NCBI GenBank assembly: GCA_002633005.1
Contig: NMRA01000353.1
Coordinates: 71,625 to 135,624 of the forward strand
Source: Phoronis australis
Lineage: Eukaryota; Animalia; Phoronida
Direction: 5' to 3'
DNA length: 64,000 nucleotides
The first letter of the stretch is position 1, and each line of letters opens with the position of its first letter. A model generated the notes under the pieces. It was not told where the DNA came from. It saw only the letters and a program-made list of their open reading frames with translations, and made no database searches. Position numbers and translations under genes: made by a program. Below, piece after piece: positions 62,755-64,000 of the stretch.

Positions 62755-64000
62755 TAAATTAATTACTGGATTTAACTATTCACTCTCCATCTACGCACAA
62801 TCTCAAAGCATAGCTACCTTTTAAACAAACCCACCGTCAATCATCTGACAATAGCGAAAAAAAAGGATTTGTGTTCAGATTTTTACGAGGAATTAATTCT
62901 TAATCTTTTAGTTTTACATGTCGATGAAAAGGTTGAAAATGTAAACGCGCAAGTCATATTTCTTCAGGCAGCTCCTATCATCAAACCATCGGCTTCAGGG
63001 GCAATAAAATGGTTTTCCGTTGAGCCCAGACCGTCCAGAGTTGCCCATTTACCAACTCCGGACGGTCTCTCACAATGATTTAGTGTTATGGGAATTAAAG
63101 ACATTAATGGCCTGCTAATGTGTCCCGCTATGCACAAAAGGAATACTTATATCAACGTGACTTGTGATGTTTTAATCAGGGTGAGGCATAATTCGCCAAA
63201 AAGCTTCCGGTGTATGAAGCTCCAGGAGCTGTCTCTACTGGGGCCAGTCGAGACGGTGGCACTGACTACTGAGGCTGAGTACAGTAGGCATGCCCTGAAT
63301 GCCGCAGCAACATTTGCTACAGTACTAACTGTTCACCCAATAGGCAATAACTTTGCGAGTGGCTTACACTACAATACTGGAGCTCACATGATTCATCAGA
63401 AGCACTAGGCAATGACCATCGCCACTGTCGGGCCAACAGAGGCGATGGTCATTGCCTACACTACTACAGTACAGAAGCACAGAACTTTGTTTTTAGTGTC
63501 TGATCAGAATTATGGTTTAAAATCTATAAGGTACTTACACAAACGGTTCACTTCGCACGACGCTGCAAATGAAACCTAACGTAATTTCCGAATACCACTG
63601 AGGACTAAGAATTGCTTTGGAAATGTTAAGTTCGTTGAACAAATAAACAGCATCAAGATGCGAATGAACTCAACTTCCTGGAAAACTCTCAAAACTCTCA
63701 AATGAGGGCGCTGTGACGGAAGTCATCGTGAAGAGCAACAAAAGGGGGCAGTTCGATGCTTCTGTATGGTGTGGCATGCTGCGCCGACGGGGTTCACATT
63801 GCTTTGTTATTCAATAGGCTACTTTTTTGAATGCCGGGAATGAGCTACAATGAGACGTTCAGAATCAGGATCGAAATCAGGTTGGTGAATTATGAAGTCG
63901 AAGTTACAGCGACCAGGTTGGTCAATACGCCTATCCCTGTCCTGCATTCCTGGCTATGCATAGCCTGCCAGCTAGCTGTATGAAGACTGTCGTCAAAATA

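Overview
AT-rich, intron-rich eukaryotic DNA, most likely from an invertebrate animal; most ORF-track entries are spurious. Manual splicing gives two convergent multi-exon genes. (1) Plus strand, 2893-26322, 26 phase-compatible exons, about 1328 aa, 5' end probably upstream of the window: a MUS81-like structure-specific endonuclease with a non-canonical architecture. It reads partial ubiquitin-like domain, B-box, MUS81-type winged helix, intact ERCC4 nuclease (GDYIW...ERKTWDD), a second degenerate EME1-like ERCC4 module, 5 UIM-like and 2 MIU-like motifs, CCHC knuckle, coiled coil and RG tail; I see no HhH2. (2) Minus strand, 58123-28521, 13 exons, about 526 aa: acidic N-terminus, TAZ-like zinc finger and a pseudokinase (HRD becomes YLL, DFG becomes NFS). 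Introns and flanks hold a Ty3/Gypsy 5' end with a tRNA-Leu PBS, large Helentron/HINE-like repeat clusters rich in CTCF-like motifs, Penelope fragments with a hammerhead ribozyme core, a LINE RNase H remnant, MITEs, SINE heads, many minisatellites and one N gap. All domain calls are by-eye motif recognition; no database searches were run.
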